From a phage, in NCBI GenBank assembly GCA_024683775.1, contig GCA_024683775.1_4106.1: a stretch of DNA of 64,000 bases; one strand, given 5' to 3'. The position numbers and the translations under genes are program-made. Under the pieces are notes generated by a model. That model was not told the origin of the DNA. It was given only the letters and a program-made list of their open reading frames with translations, and did not search any database. Shown piece by piece: positions 1-8,690 of this stretch (the stretch's first letter is position 1; every line of letters begins with the position of its first letter).

Positions 1-79
1 TATATTATGCCAGTACTTGATAATGCTGTCAATACTTTTTTTTTACTATTCAGTACTGAAAACTATTTTTAAAAAGTAC

Positions 80-107
80 TTGTAAACTATGTTTAAAGGC
101 GTATAAT
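80..107 (+). promoter_or_regulatory. sigma70-like promoter (TTGTAA-16-TATAAT)
   Basis: -35/-10 hexamers read directly; first of two tandem promoters upstream of CDS 258. Confidence 0.6.
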
Positions 108-197
108 GTTTTACATCAGGACGGGGAACGAAATAAGTAACTTCCCGTTAAGTAGCCCAGGAGTAAGGCACACGAAAAACTCCCCTGATAAAATAGT

Positions 198-225
198 TTG
201 ACAATAGAAAGTAAAAGCGTATAAT
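198..225 (+). promoter_or_regulatory. sigma70-like promoter (TTGACA-16-TATAAT)
   Basis: Consensus -35 and -10 hexamers; about 30 nt upstream of CDS 258. Confidence 0.65.
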
Positions 226-257
226 ACTTACATCAACTACTGAATGAGGGTTACAAA

Positions 258-869
258 ATGAAAACTATCACTACTACTACTTTTGTTATGGCTTTTTCTG
301 AACTGAACGCAGAACAAAAAACGGCGGCTATCGAACTGGTTCGGGATCGTGAGCGTTCATGTGAGGATAATTTCTTTGCTGAGGGCGTTATCGAGTACTA
401 TAAAGAAACAGTACTACCAGAATACGGCATAGATGAAGCTGAATTGCAATACAGTGGTTTTTGGTCGCAAGGTGACGGTGCATCAATCAGTACTGACCAC
501 GTTGACGCAGTGAAGTTTTTACGCAAGGTAAGAGCATTAACTAAGTATCGCTCAATCCGTCACTTGCTGAATGAAGATGATTTGGCGATGAGTGTAGAAC
601 GTTCACACTCTCGCTACGCACACGAAAACACGGTAAGCGGGTACATTGAATCGGCTTACACTGATTTAACCGCAAAACAAGAAACGTTAGTTAATGAGCT
701 TGAGGAACTACTCACTGAAACTATTCGTGAATTGTCCCGCAAGTTGTACCGTGATTTAGAGAATGCATATGAGGATCAATTCACTACTGAAAACATTACG
801 GCACTGATTGAGGGTAACGAATATCAATTCAATGTTATTGATGGCGTAGTGGAATCAATCGAATATTAA
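258..869 (+). CDS. hypothetical protein (203 aa)
   Basis: Long ORF; tandem promoters and structured leader upstream; SD-like GAGGG before ATG. Confidence 0.75.
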   Translation: MKTITTTTFVMAFSELNAEQKTAAIELVRDRERSCEDNFFAEGVIEYYKETVLPEYGIDEAELQYSGFWSQGDGASISTDHVDAVKFLRKVRALTKYRSIRHLLNEDDLAMSVERSHSRYAHENTVSGYIESAYTDLTAKQETLVNELEELLTETIRELSRKLYRDLENAYEDQFTTENITALIEGNEYQFNVIDGVVESIEY

Positions 870-881
870 TTTAAAAAGTAC

Positions 882-909
882 TTGCAAACTAAGTTTAAAA
901 GCGTATAAT
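882..909 (+). promoter_or_regulatory. sigma70-like promoter (TTGCAA-16-TATAAT)
   Basis: Hexamers read directly; followed by leader hairpin GGCGGGGAATGGTTCCCCGC and RBS. Confidence 0.6.
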
Positions 910-959
910 ACTTTATATCGAGGCGGGGAATGGTTCCCCGCTCAAACGAGGATTTAAAA

Positions 960-1199
960 ATGGCTAGTACTAAAACTTACAACGGACACAAAAACAAAAC
1001 TCATTGGAATGTAAGCCTTTGGATTAATAACGGTGAGTCATTGTATCGGCTTGCACAAAGTTGCATCGCACAAAGTAGAACTAAAGATATTGCTGCGGAA
1101 TGTATGTACCGCAGATTAAAAGCCAACGGTACTACTACAACGCCGGACGGCTTTAAGTATAGCACTACTGCGATCCGTGCTGCAATGGTTGGAATGTAA
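960..1199 (+). CDS. hypothetical protein (79 aa)
   Basis: ORF; promoter, leader hairpin and SD upstream; start trimmed from track ORF 930 to ATG after SD. Confidence 0.7.
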   Translation: MASTKTYNGHKNKTHWNVSLWINNGESLYRLAQSCIAQSRTKDIAAECMYRRLKANGTTTTPDGFKYSTTAIRAAMVGM

Positions 1200-1256
1200 T
1201 ATTCAGTACTGAGATAATGGCGGGTAATAGTTCCCGCCTTTACTGAGGGTTATCTA

Positions 1257-1517
1257 ATGAGTAAAGTAATTAGCTATACAGCACTAAGCAAGACATTATC
1301 TATTAGCCAGTGCACCGATGGTTATTGGCTATTTGATGAAACGCGTGGCATGAATTTAGCCATGCGTGCAAAAACTGCTGAGGCGGCGTATCTTGAAGCA
1401 TTGGAATACTACCAGGAACGTTTAAAGGAAGTAGAAGAAGATTATAAAAGCCTCAAAGCGAAAGTAGATCATTTCGTCGGTCAATTCATCGAGGAAGACG
1501 ACGACAAACAATATTGA
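1257..1517 (+). CDS. hypothetical protein (86 aa)
   Basis: ORF; leader hairpin GGCGGGTAATAGTTCCCGCC and SD GAGGG upstream. Confidence 0.65.
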   Translation: MSKVISYTALSKTLSISQCTDGYWLFDETRGMNLAMRAKTAEAAYLEALEYYQERLKEVEEDYKSLKAKVDHFVGQFIEEDDDKQY

Positions 1518-1525
1518 AAAAGTAC

Positions 1526-1553
1526 TTGCAATTAGTTTTCAGTACTGTATAAT
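1526..1553 (+). promoter_or_regulatory. sigma70-like promoter (TTGCAA-16-TATAAT)
   Basis: Hexamers read directly; followed by leader hairpin and RBS. Confidence 0.6.
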
Positions 1554-1603
1554 GGTTTACATCAAAGGGAGAAATGGTTCTCCCTGGTAATGAGGAAAAT
1601 AAA

Positions 1604-1825
1604 ATGGCTAATATCACTACTCTTTCCCAACTGGAAGCACTGGTTAAATCTATGCGGGAACATGCCGACAAAATCGGCGTACAAGATCCAGCCGTTTGCT
1701 TCTGCGACGAATTGAATGATGATACCCTGGTAATAGCAGAAGTCCAGGACGTTTCTAACTATTCCTCGCGTTACACTGGCGGCGTAGCAAATAAAGGCGA
1801 CTTCTGTTTATACCTTACAAAATAA
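1604..1825 (+). CDS. hypothetical protein (73 aa)
   Basis: ORF; promoter, hairpin, SD AATGAGGAAA upstream; trimmed from track ORF 1574. Confidence 0.7.
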   Translation: MANITTLSQLEALVKSMREHADKIGVQDPAVCFCDELNDDTLVIAEVQDVSNYSSRYTGGVANKGDFCLYLTK

Positions 1826-1993
1826 CAACGCGGGGAGATAATAACTCCCCGTTACTTTTTCAGTACTGAATCATTTAATAGACGGATCTCGGCACCCGGT
1901 GGGTTAGTGACTGTTTCGTCTTGATGTAGTAATTATGCCAGTACTGGATGCACTTGTCAACAACTATTTTTCAAATACTTTTTATTAAAATAC

Positions 1994-2021
1994 TTGCAAT
2001 TAGTTTTTAAACGCGTATAAT
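1994..2021 (+). promoter_or_regulatory. sigma70-like promoter (TTGCAA-16-TATAAT)
   Basis: Hexamers read directly; followed by hairpin GGGGGAGCGGTTCCCC. Confidence 0.6.
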
Positions 2022-2068
2022 GTTTTGCATAGGGGGAGCGGTTCCCCTGGTAACTAAGGAATAATAAA

Positions 2069-2305
2069 ATGCTTGAACAAATCAAATCAACGTCTGCGAA
2101 TGTAACGGGAACGGTAGTACACTTTACTAGTGATGAATCGCGGGGTGTACCCTATTGTGCTGTACATGTAAACACTGAGGGTAACTACTGGTTTACGGTT
2201 TACGGATCATATTCATTTGGACGACCAGGGCATCAAAAAATTCTGGATAAAGTACAGCCAACGGGTAAAAATATCACTGCTGAAATGTTTTATAAAAAAT
2301 CATAA
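2069..2305 (+). CDS. hypothetical protein (78 aa)
   Basis: ORF; promoter, leader hairpin and SD AAGGAA upstream. Confidence 0.7.
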   Translation: MLEQIKSTSANVTGTVVHFTSDESRGVPYCAVHVNTEGNYWFTVYGSYSFGRPGHQKILDKVQPTGKNITAEMFYKKS

Positions 2306-2389
2306 AGTACTTGATAATAGTTTTTAGTACTGTATAATATTTTACATCGCAAGGGGGAGCGGTTCCCCCTGGTAACTAAGGATAATCAA

Positions 2390-2689
2390 ATGAAAATTAC
2401 AATCATCGCCCTGGCTTTATCTGTTTCCTCTTTCGCTGTTAATGCGTCATTAGATGTAAGTAGTGAAAAATTCATTCAGTGCACTGTTGCAATGACCGAT
2501 GAAAGTACTGGCGAGATTGTATTAAAGGATCTGGAGATTCAGCCGGAAGCATTTAAAAACGGCCCGTTCCATGAAGAAGACGAAAACGGTAGCACGACAA
2601 TTTATTATGATGCCAGTACTAAACGCGGTTCGGTCACTGTAATGGATACCGAGAAAGTAACTCATACCGGCGTTATTAATTGCCGTTGA
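2390..2689 (+). CDS. small secreted or periplasmic protein (99 aa, N-terminal signal-peptide-like segment)
   Basis: ORF; N-terminus MKITIIALALSVSSFAVNA is hydrophobic with an AxA-like end; promoter, hairpin, SD upstream. Confidence 0.65.
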   Translation: MKITIIALALSVSSFAVNASLDVSSEKFIQCTVAMTDESTGEIVLKDLEIQPEAFKNGPFHEEDENGSTTIYYDASTKRGSVTVMDTEKVTHTGVINCR

Positions 2690-2710
2690 TAGATACTACG
2701 GGGTAACATC

Positions 2711-2941
2711 ATGACTAAGCGAATTGTTTTACTTAACGAAAGCAGTACTACACAACTACTTAACGCCGTGCATTATGATATTGAAACGAGCGTTAATCTT
2801 ATCAGTACTGTCGTACTGTTGGACACTGGAAAGGTCGCCAATGATAAAGCGATTGCAGGTATACTAACGGATCTTGAGCCTGGTAGCAGTGCACCAATAA
2901 CGTTAAATGGTAAAGTGTTTAATATTTTACTCACTGATTAA
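2711..2941 (+). CDS. hypothetical protein (76 aa)
   Basis: ORF; SD-like GGGG before ATG; intrinsic terminator immediately downstream. Confidence 0.6.
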   Translation: MTKRIVLLNESSTTQLLNAVHYDIETSVNLISTVVLLDTGKVANDKAIAGILTDLEPGSSAPITLNGKVFNILLTD

Positions 2942-2947
2942 GTACAT

Positions 2948-2970
2948 AGCCCACCTGGTGGGCTTTTTTG
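2948..2970 (+). terminator. rho-independent terminator
   Basis: GC-rich hairpin AGCCCACC/GGTGGGCT followed by a T-run. Confidence 0.7.
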
Positions 2971-3174
2971 TTTTTGTAGTATCGTAGTACTGAGATACTT
3001 TGAAAATAGTTTTAAGAAAGTAGTTGACATTACCGCAGAAAAGCGTAGAATGTATTACATCAAGACGGGGAGCACTAAGTAGACCGCCAGTAAGTCGAAC
3101 GAAAAACTGGACACGTCGAGAAAACTTTGATACACTAATAAACGTAAACTAAACTTTAATTGAGGATTTATAAA

Positions 3175-3657
3175 ATGGCTAATGTAAAATCATTCATCAA
3201 AGCACTGGTAGCAAATGAAACTAACGTCGCGGCTGAGATCCTGGCTGAACTGGATAACGATACCATGAAAGCGGTACGCAATAATTTTAACATCGCGTAC
3301 AGTACTGCGAAAGAACTACAAGCAAATAAAGCGGCAGAAATTGAAGCGGCAAAGGCGGCCCGTGAAGCAGAACTACAAGCAACAATCGAAAGTATTCAGG
3401 CGGCAGTAGTTGGATTGGATCTGGAAGTAGTTACAGAGATGGCACAAAAAGCCCTGGCGGTTAAGTATGGGGAAGACAAGCCAGAAGTAAAAGCCAAAAA
3501 ATGGATTCAGGAACGCGTAGCGGTAGTACTGGACAACGGGGAAGAATATCTGATTCCGGTGCGTGGTAACTGCATTGCGGTAGTACTGGATGCGATTAAC
3601 TCCAGTGGTATGACTCGCGAGGAATGGATCAAAGCTCATCGCAAAGTTGAAGCATAA
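3175..3657 (+). CDS. hypothetical protein (160 aa, Ala/Glu-rich helical N-terminal half)
   Basis: ORF; SD TGAGGA upstream of ATG; trimmed from track ORF 3160. Confidence 0.7.
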   Translation: MANVKSFIKALVANETNVAAEILAELDNDTMKAVRNNFNIAYSTAKELQANKAAEIEAAKAAREAELQATIESIQAAVVGLDLEVVTEMAQKALAVKYGEDKPEVKAKKWIQERVAVVLDNGEEYLIPVRGNCIAVVLDAINSSGMTREEWIKAHRKVEA

Positions 3658-3678
3658 CAATTAAAGTACTGAATCACT

Positions 3679-3706
3679 AGCCCACTGTATAAGTGGGCTT
3701 TTTTGT
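3679..3706 (+). terminator. rho-independent terminator
   Basis: Hairpin AGCCCACT-GTATAA-GTGGGCT followed by a T-run. Confidence 0.75.
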
Positions 3707-3785
3707 GTTTATCGTTTACCATGCCACCAGCACCGCCTAGAAACGATTCTAACGCATTAAACTGATTATCTGATGCATTGCCCTA

Positions 3786-3793
3786 GCTGGTGG
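3786..3793 (+). other. Chi octamer GCTGGTGG
   Basis: Exact match read in sequence; paired with an inverted copy at 3724-3731. Confidence 0.8.
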
Positions 3794-3941
3794 CGTTAAG
3801 GCTGTAAGAACGCGATTGAGAGCGTTTAAAGTATTTTGCAAAAAGTAATAAAAAGTACTTGCACGATTAAGAGATTAGCGTATAATGTTTTACATCGAGA
3901 GGGGGAAACGGTTCTCCTTCCAAATCAAAGGAATTAAAACA

Positions 3942-4169
3942 ATGGCTATCGTAATCACTCGCGTAACTGGTACTACTGGCAATTCTTCTACTGTTGCTGT
4001 AATTACTAATAAGAAAGGTGCGGAATTGCATTTTGCAATGGATAAATGGGCCGTTAATGAGTTCGGTCAGTGGGCAAGTGTAGCATACATTGAAACCTAT
4101 CAAGTGCCGTCGATTAGTTTAACTGATTTGGGCGTTGAGCGTATCCTTTGCCTGGATGAATTAAATTAA
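3942..4169 (+). CDS. hypothetical protein (75 aa)
   Basis: ORF; promoter, hairpin GGGGGAAACGGTTCTCC and SD upstream; track start 3885 lies in the -10 box. Confidence 0.7.
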   Translation: MAIVITRVTGTTGNSSTVAVITNKKGAELHFAMDKWAVNEFGQWASVAYIETYQVPSISLTDLGVERILCLDELN

Positions 4170-4255
4170 AAAAGTACTTGCAAAGTAAATCAGATAAAGT
4201 ATAATACATTACATCAAGGGGAGAAATGGTTCTCCCTGATAATGAGGAAACTAAT

Positions 4256-4399
4256 ATGAAAACTTGTCAATGTGGTAAAAAATCTATTACTGGTTTAAAG
4301 CGGGGCGTTGCACTTTGCCAGTACCATTATAATTTACAAGTATGGGGTAAAGAATGGGCCGACCAGGTGGAAGCAGCAAAGAAAGCAAAAAGTAAGTAA
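4256..4399 (+). CDS. hypothetical small Cys-containing protein (47 aa)
   Basis: Short ORF not in track; promoter, hairpin GGGGAGAAATGGTTCTCCCC and SD AATGAGGAAA upstream. Confidence 0.5.
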   Translation: MKTCQCGKKSITGLKRGVALCQYHYNLQVWGKEWADQVEAAKKAKSK

Positions 4400-4417
4400 A
4401 ATATTATCACAGTACTA

Positions 4418-4446
4418 TTGACATAGTTTGATAGTACTGGCATAAT
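4418..4446 (+). promoter_or_regulatory. sigma70-like promoter (TTGACA-17-CATAAT)
   Basis: Hexamers read directly; the same cassette recurs near 7260, 7520 and 15450. Confidence 0.6.
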
Positions 4447-4489
4447 AGATTTTATCAAGACGACACATATTAATTTAAGGAATACTAAA

Positions 4490-4813
4490 ATGGCTAAAAC
4501 TATCATTAACACCGTTTCCCTGGCTGCAATCCGTGCAATCAATGTTGACGGTAAACGTTGGACTGATTCATATGGCAATACTTATCATTCTTGTCATGTA
4601 AGCGTTGAACTGGATAACGGTTTGAATGATCTGGCGGTTGAATCATTTACTTATGGCTATGAAGATGCATATCAACAAACGGCGTTAGATCTCTTAAAGG
4701 AATCAGTAGACGGGCTTAATACTGATGACACCTCCCTTACTCGTTTGTGCAATGATCTTAATATCCCGTTGCATTGTACTGTACAGAATGTTAAACGCAA
4801 AAAAGATCTTTAA
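4490..4813 (+). CDS. hypothetical protein (107 aa), paralog of CDS 10978
   Basis: ORF; shares RWTDSxGNTYHSC and FTYGY motifs and C-terminal KRKKD with CDS 10978. Confidence 0.7.
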   Translation: MAKTIINTVSLAAIRAINVDGKRWTDSYGNTYHSCHVSVELDNGLNDLAVESFTYGYEDAYQQTALDLLKESVDGLNTDDTSLTRLCNDLNIPLHCTVQNVKRKKDL

Positions 4814-4893
4814 TTAGCTTTACTTTATGCAGATACTTTGATATAGTGTCTGCATAGGGGAAAGAAATTAAATTAACTTAAGAGGAACGTATA

Positions 4894-5163
4894 ATGAAAA
4901 ATATCAGTACTTTAATCGACGCAGGTACACATGTTCGGCGGTCTATGGTTGCAACCAGTACTACAAAACAAGTACCAAGCGGTTATCTTGTATTTGTGCA
5001 CGATGGTAAACTCCTGGAACGTTCAATCAATTTTGATGTTAAAAACAATTGCCGTTTTATTATCTTTAAGCGTGAGCAATATAAAATTGATTTACCAGCA
5101 AAGCCCATAAGCGGGGCGTACAACGTGCAATCATTGTTTGAACGTCAACCATACACCTATTAA
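4894..5163 (+). CDS. hypothetical protein (89 aa)
   Basis: ORF; SD AAGAGGAA upstream. Confidence 0.65.
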   Translation: MKNISTLIDAGTHVRRSMVATSTTKQVPSGYLVFVHDGKLLERSINFDVKNNCRFIIFKREQYKIDLPAKPISGAYNVQSLFERQPYTY

Positions 5164-5214
5164 TCAAAACATCGTTAGCGGTCGATTTAGGCCGCTTATA
5201 TTGGGGATTATACC

Positions 5215-5487
5215 ATGAACGTTAATCAAGTACTGAATGAGATCGAAAGCATCATTAAACCGATGAAGCGTACTGATGCTATGTTAACACCGGAAGAATG
5301 CCGCCTTTATGAGCGTTACAGCGTCGAACAAGTCCAGGCGATGGCTATGGCTACCCCAGCCGTTAAACCGCCTGAGAATGCGTTACAGGACGTTACAGGG
5401 GATTATATCATCAATCCAGTACTAGGGAAGATGGCTGCAATCACCGAAGATCAACAAGACTACTTAAGCCAGTACTTAAAAGGTTAA
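5215..5487 (+). CDS. hypothetical protein (90 aa)
   Basis: ORF; SD-like GGGG before ATG. Confidence 0.6.
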   Translation: MNVNQVLNEIESIIKPMKRTDAMLTPEECRLYERYSVEQVQAMAMATPAVKPPENALQDVTGDYIINPVLGKMAAITEDQQDYLSQYLKG

Positions 5488-5492
5488 TTAAT

Positions 5493-5702
5493 ATGCTTAC
5501 TGTACAGGATAAGATCGACATCTTAAAGGTTAATATGTATGTGATTGATGCAGTACCTGGTAAAGTATTTGCATACGATGACAGTACTGTAAGCGATTTC
5601 TACTATAGCCAGGCCGTGGGGGATCTTTCTGTACAGTCGGTTATTGAAAACGTAGTTAATGCAGCGTATGAGCATTTACTTTCAAATAGTACTTGCAATT
5701 AG
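5493..5702 (+). CDS. hypothetical protein (69 aa)
   Basis: ORF 5 nt after previous stop; likely co-translated. Confidence 0.55.
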   Translation: MLTVQDKIDILKVNMYVIDAVPGKVFAYDDSTVSDFYYSQAVGDLSVQSVIENVVNAAYEHLLSNSTCN

Positions 5703-5771
5703 TTTTTAAACGCGTATAATGTTTTACATGAAGGGGAGAAATGATTCTCCCCACTAATTAAGGAATATGAA

Positions 5772-5918
5772 ATGAAAGCATCAAAAAAGAGTACTAACAA
5801 GAAAGCACGTTCAACCTTAGATGGGGTATTCCCTTTACGTTTCGTTGATGAAGTAGTTTCCTACCCGCCGGGCCTTACTCCTGAGATGGTAGAAAGTTTG
5901 CGTAAATCTAAAAAATAG
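5772..5918 (+). CDS. hypothetical small basic protein (48 aa)
   Basis: Short ORF not in track; promoter, hairpin and SD AAGGAA upstream. Confidence 0.5.
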   Translation: MKASKKSTNKKARSTLDGVFPLRFVDEVVSYPPGLTPEMVESLRKSKK

Positions 5919-5999
5919 TACTTGCAATTAGTTTTTAGTACTGTATAATGTTTTACATGAAGGGGAGAAATGATTCTCCCCAATAACAGGAGAAACAAA

Positions 6000-6152
6000 A
6001 TGAAACAATACAACGCTCGGTTTGATGTTACTATCGGTAACGGCAAAGGTCAATTCTCTTTCAGTACTCGCAAAAGTTATACAGAAAACTTCCTGCGTAA
6101 TTGTGCACTGACCGCCGCTCAAATTAAACATTATTTTCAGGCTAAAAAATGA
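6000..6152 (+). CDS. hypothetical protein (50 aa)
   Basis: ORF; promoter, hairpin, SD AGGAGA upstream; trimmed from track ORF 5970. Confidence 0.6.
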   Translation: MKQYNARFDVTIGNGKGQFSFSTRKSYTENFLRNCALTAAQIKHYFQAKK

Positions 6153-6238
6153 GATCATTAGCTTATTACAGTTCGGCCCTGGTCGGTGCATTGATCGCGG
6201 CGTTGTTAGTAACCTATCTATTCTTTATGGTGATTTAA
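6149..6238 (+). CDS. possible hydrophobic peptide (29 aa)
   Basis: ATGA overlap with previous stop; single hydrophobic helix; very short, so speculative. Confidence 0.3.
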   Translation: MRSLAYYSSALVGALIAALLVTYLFFMVI

Positions 6239-6382
6239 ATGAATCCAACAGGTTTAAACTATAAAAGTTGTTCGGCGTTTACGAAAGCAAATAAAGCGAA
6301 TGCACGTAAAGCGAAAGTACAGGAATACATCAAGCAAGGCATGACGCGAAAGGCGGCGATTCTAAAAGCTAAAAATAAATGA
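6239..6382 (+). CDS. hypothetical small basic protein (47 aa)
   Basis: Short ORF directly after previous stop; Lys/Ala-rich; terminator downstream. Confidence 0.4.
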   Translation: MNPTGLNYKSCSAFTKANKANARKAKVQEYIKQGMTRKAAILKAKNK

Positions 6383-6384
6383 AA

Positions 6385-6478
6385 AAAGTGGTTGACTCCG
6401 GTCAGCCATTTTGCTATTATATATTCATTGAGAGATAGCTCACTAGCCCACAGGGTGCATAAGTGTATCTATTATATG
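6385..6478. repeat. composite intergenic repeat, copy 1
   Basis: Terminator hairpin (6389-6414) overlapping TTGACT-17-TATTAT, then conserved box CCCACAGGGTGCATAAGTGTATCT; similar copies at about 10025, 13310, 16082. Confidence 0.7.
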
Positions 6479-6593
6479 AGTATTGAGTACTGAAAACTAT
6501 TTGATAAAAAGTACTTGCAAACTATCTCAATAAGCGTATAATGTTTTACATCGAAAGGGGAAACGGTTTCCCCTGGTAATAAGGAAACGAATC

Positions 6594-6935
6594 ATGACTA
6601 TCTCAATTGCTCAATCTAACTTTGAAAATGAAATCATCGCCCAGGCACTGCGTTTAAATGATGGTCGGGCCGAAATTAATTACGGTTTCAATTCAGGCGG
6701 TTGCGAAAACTATCAGTACTTTGTAACGGCTGATGGCGGTGTCCTGGGTATCAATACAGTTATTGTAAACATCCAAAAAATTAATTTCAATGATCCAGAC
6801 GATAGCCAGTTTTACATCACTGGCGTAGACGTGAACTATGAGGATGACTCACTAACTGATGATTACACTGGCGAGCGGTTAGAAAGTGCATACGGTGAAG
6901 ATGATTATCAGTCCGGTCCAGAAGATTTCGAATAA
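6594..6935 (+). CDS. hypothetical acidic protein (113 aa)
   Basis: ORF; promoter, hairpin GGGGAAACGGTTTCCCC and SD upstream. Confidence 0.7.
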   Translation: MTISIAQSNFENEIIAQALRLNDGRAEINYGFNSGGCENYQYFVTADGGVLGINTVIVNIQKINFNDPDDSQFYITGVDVNYEDDSLTDDYTGERLESAYGEDDYQSGPEDFE

Positions 6936-7028
6936 TATAAAAAAATAGTTTGACAATAGATTATAGTACTGTATAATGTTTTACATGAAGGGGAGAATAG
7001 TTCTCCCCACTAACAGAGAGAAAACAAA

Positions 7029-7241
7029 ATGGCTAATATCTGCACTGTACTGAAAAATGCAAAACAAGTTTTATTTTCTGATCACGATCATTTAAACAAG
7101 GATATTACTGGCGTTCGGAATATCAAAGATGTAAAAAGTGTTATGGGTATCTATTGCAATATGAAACGTGTCGGCACGTTCGGCGATAAAGTACTATACC
7201 AGGCAGGGGATTACAATTTTACACTGACTATCATTAACTAA
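7029..7241 (+). CDS. hypothetical protein (70 aa)
   Basis: ORF; promoter TTGACA...TATAAT, hairpin and SD upstream. Confidence 0.7.
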   Translation: MANICTVLKNAKQVLFSDHDHLNKDITGVRNIKDVKSVMGIYCNMKRVGTFGDKVLYQAGDYNFTLTIIN

Positions 7242-7324
7242 AAATATTATCACAGTACTATTGACATAGTTTTATAGTACTGACATAATAACTTTTATCA
7301 ACTACACTACTAAGGAATTAAAAA

Positions 7325-7504
7325 ATGGCTATCATCGCAAAAACTGAAATCGTTGGTCTGGATTCTATCATCATGACGTTTGAAGATCAAAAAGGTATGT
7401 ATGTAGTTTCATATGGTGATTATGTTCGGGAGTATGAAACGGTAGACGAAGCCTTTGAAAGTTATATTCGCCAGGTGAATAAAGCATACGACGACTACCG
7501 CTAA
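7325..7504 (+). CDS. hypothetical protein (59 aa)
   Basis: ORF not in track; type-III promoter and SD AAGGAA upstream. Confidence 0.55.
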   Translation: MAIIAKTEIVGLDSIIMTFEDQKGMYVVSYGDYVREYETVDEAFESYIRQVNKAYDDYR

Positions 7505-7594
7505 AATATATTACCAGTACTATTGACATTGTTTGATAGTACTGTATAATAAGTTTTATAAACAGTAGTTAACTTAACCTAAGAGAGAAATAAA

Positions 7595-7738
7595 ATGATC
7601 GCACTGGATTCATTCATCGACGCAGTACTGGCAAAAACTGGCGAGGATCTGACCGCAGAACAATACGCGATGATCGAGCAATGTCAGCAAAACGGTAAAT
7701 CGGTGAAAGATACTGTTAAGATTATCCGCAAGATGTAA
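7595..7738 (+). CDS. hypothetical protein (47 aa)
   Basis: ORF not in track; promoter and SD AAGAGAGA upstream; hairpin downstream. Confidence 0.5.
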   Translation: MIALDSFIDAVLAKTGEDLTAEQYAMIEQCQQNGKSVKDTVKIIRKM

Positions 7739-7759
7739 TATTATAGCCCACTGGTTAAC

Positions 7760-7767
7760 GCTGGTGG
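7760..7767 (+). other. Chi octamer GCTGGTGG
   Basis: Exact match inside the hairpin after CDS 7595. Confidence 0.8.
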
Positions 7768-7837
7768 GCTATAATCATTTACCCTATACAATGCCAGTAC
7801 TCAACCGTTTATCTCGTTAGAATGCGTTACAGGACGT

Positions 7838-8041
7838 TTGACAATGATTAGCATGAAATCAGTACAAAAACAAATAGAAACATTATCAAAAATTAAACGT
7901 AAACAGTACTCGTTAGAATATACAATCAATGGTAACTATCATCTAATGAAAGAGAATAATTTCATTGTCATTGATGAATCATTGCAAGTTATTAGTATAG
8001 TACTGAAAGCATTAATCAATGACAGAAAAAAATTAAAATAA
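7838..8041 (+). CDS. hypothetical protein (67 aa)
   Basis: ORF only; no clear promoter cassette or SD. Confidence 0.35.
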   Translation: MTMISMKSVQKQIETLSKIKRKQYSLEYTINGNYHLMKENNFIVIDESLQVISIVLKALINDRKKLK

Positions 8042-8268
8042 TCTATTGACAATATCCTCCAGTACTGGCATAATACTTACATCAAGACGAGAACGTCACT
8101 AACCCATAGGGTGCACAAATGTAACTATATAATATCGATCAATAAATGATCAAAAAGTACTGGATCAATTTAGCATAAGGCGTATAATTCTGATCAATTC
8201 TTGATCAAAGGCAATATACGCAGTTGAATTTATATAGACAGTACAAAGGCGTTACTATCCGTGGTAAT

Positions 8269-8276
8269 GCTGGTGG
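8269..8276 (+). other. Chi octamer GCTGGTGG
   Basis: Exact match read in sequence. Confidence 0.8.
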
Positions 8277-8369
8277 ATATGTAGTATCATATGGTTTGAA
8301 TAAGATAAACACTAGTAGTATTATTGTAGCATTACAGTACTATAGTATTTTTATAATGAGGTTAAAATA

Positions 8370-8627
8370 ATGGCAGTAGGATACGCGAAAGACGGGGCCG
8401 AACAAGACGAGATTCACGCAGTGATTCAGGCAGCCGTTAACCACGCTAGAAAGCAAATTAACGCACAAAGAGAATCACTGGTACATTGCCTCGACTGCGG
8501 CGATAAAATCCCTGAGAATCGACGCCAGGCCGTTATAGGGTGCATGTATTGTATTACTTGCCAGGAGGATCATGATAGTACTTTTAAAAGAGATCCGCGT
8601 AATTGTTGGCATAGATCTATGAGATAA
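8370..8627 (+). CDS. TraR/DksA-family C4 zinc-finger protein (85 aa)
   Basis: CxxC-17-CxxC spacing (CLDCG...CMYCITC) near the C-terminus as in TraR/DksA proteins; SD TGAGG upstream. Confidence 0.7.
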   Translation: MAVGYAKDGAEQDEIHAVIQAAVNHARKQINAQRESLVHCLDCGDKIPENRRQAVIGCMYCITCQEDHDSTFKRDPRNCWHRSMR

Positions 8628-8690
8628 AAAGTATTGACAGTACTGAAAGATAGTGTATAATGTTTTATATCTTAACTGAGGATAGTAATC

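Noticed and set aside
116-197. Possible tRNA in the structured leader
   Set aside because: No 7-bp acceptor stem with a 3-prime CCA-compatible end and no T-loop GTTCRA motif; the element sits between two promoters of the same gene.
1486-1671. Minus-strand ORFs in the track (for example 1486-1671, 3373-3660, 8475-8768, 19695-19895, 61204-61599, 63446-63709)
   Set aside because: Each lies antisense to a + strand gene with better support, none has a promoter or SD in the right place, and all supported genes in the window are on the + strand.
3885-4169. N-terminal extensions beginning MFYIERGK (track ORFs 3885, 13469, 14823)
   Set aside because: The ATG is the G-extended -10 hexamer TATAATG of the promoter and the extension reads through the leader hairpin; the real start is the ATG after the SD.
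7743-7774. Hairpin TATAGCCCAC...GTGGGCTATA as an intrinsic terminator
   Set aside because: Good stem but no U-tract; it also contains a Chi octamer and a TATAAT, so its role is ambiguous and it is not listed as a terminator.
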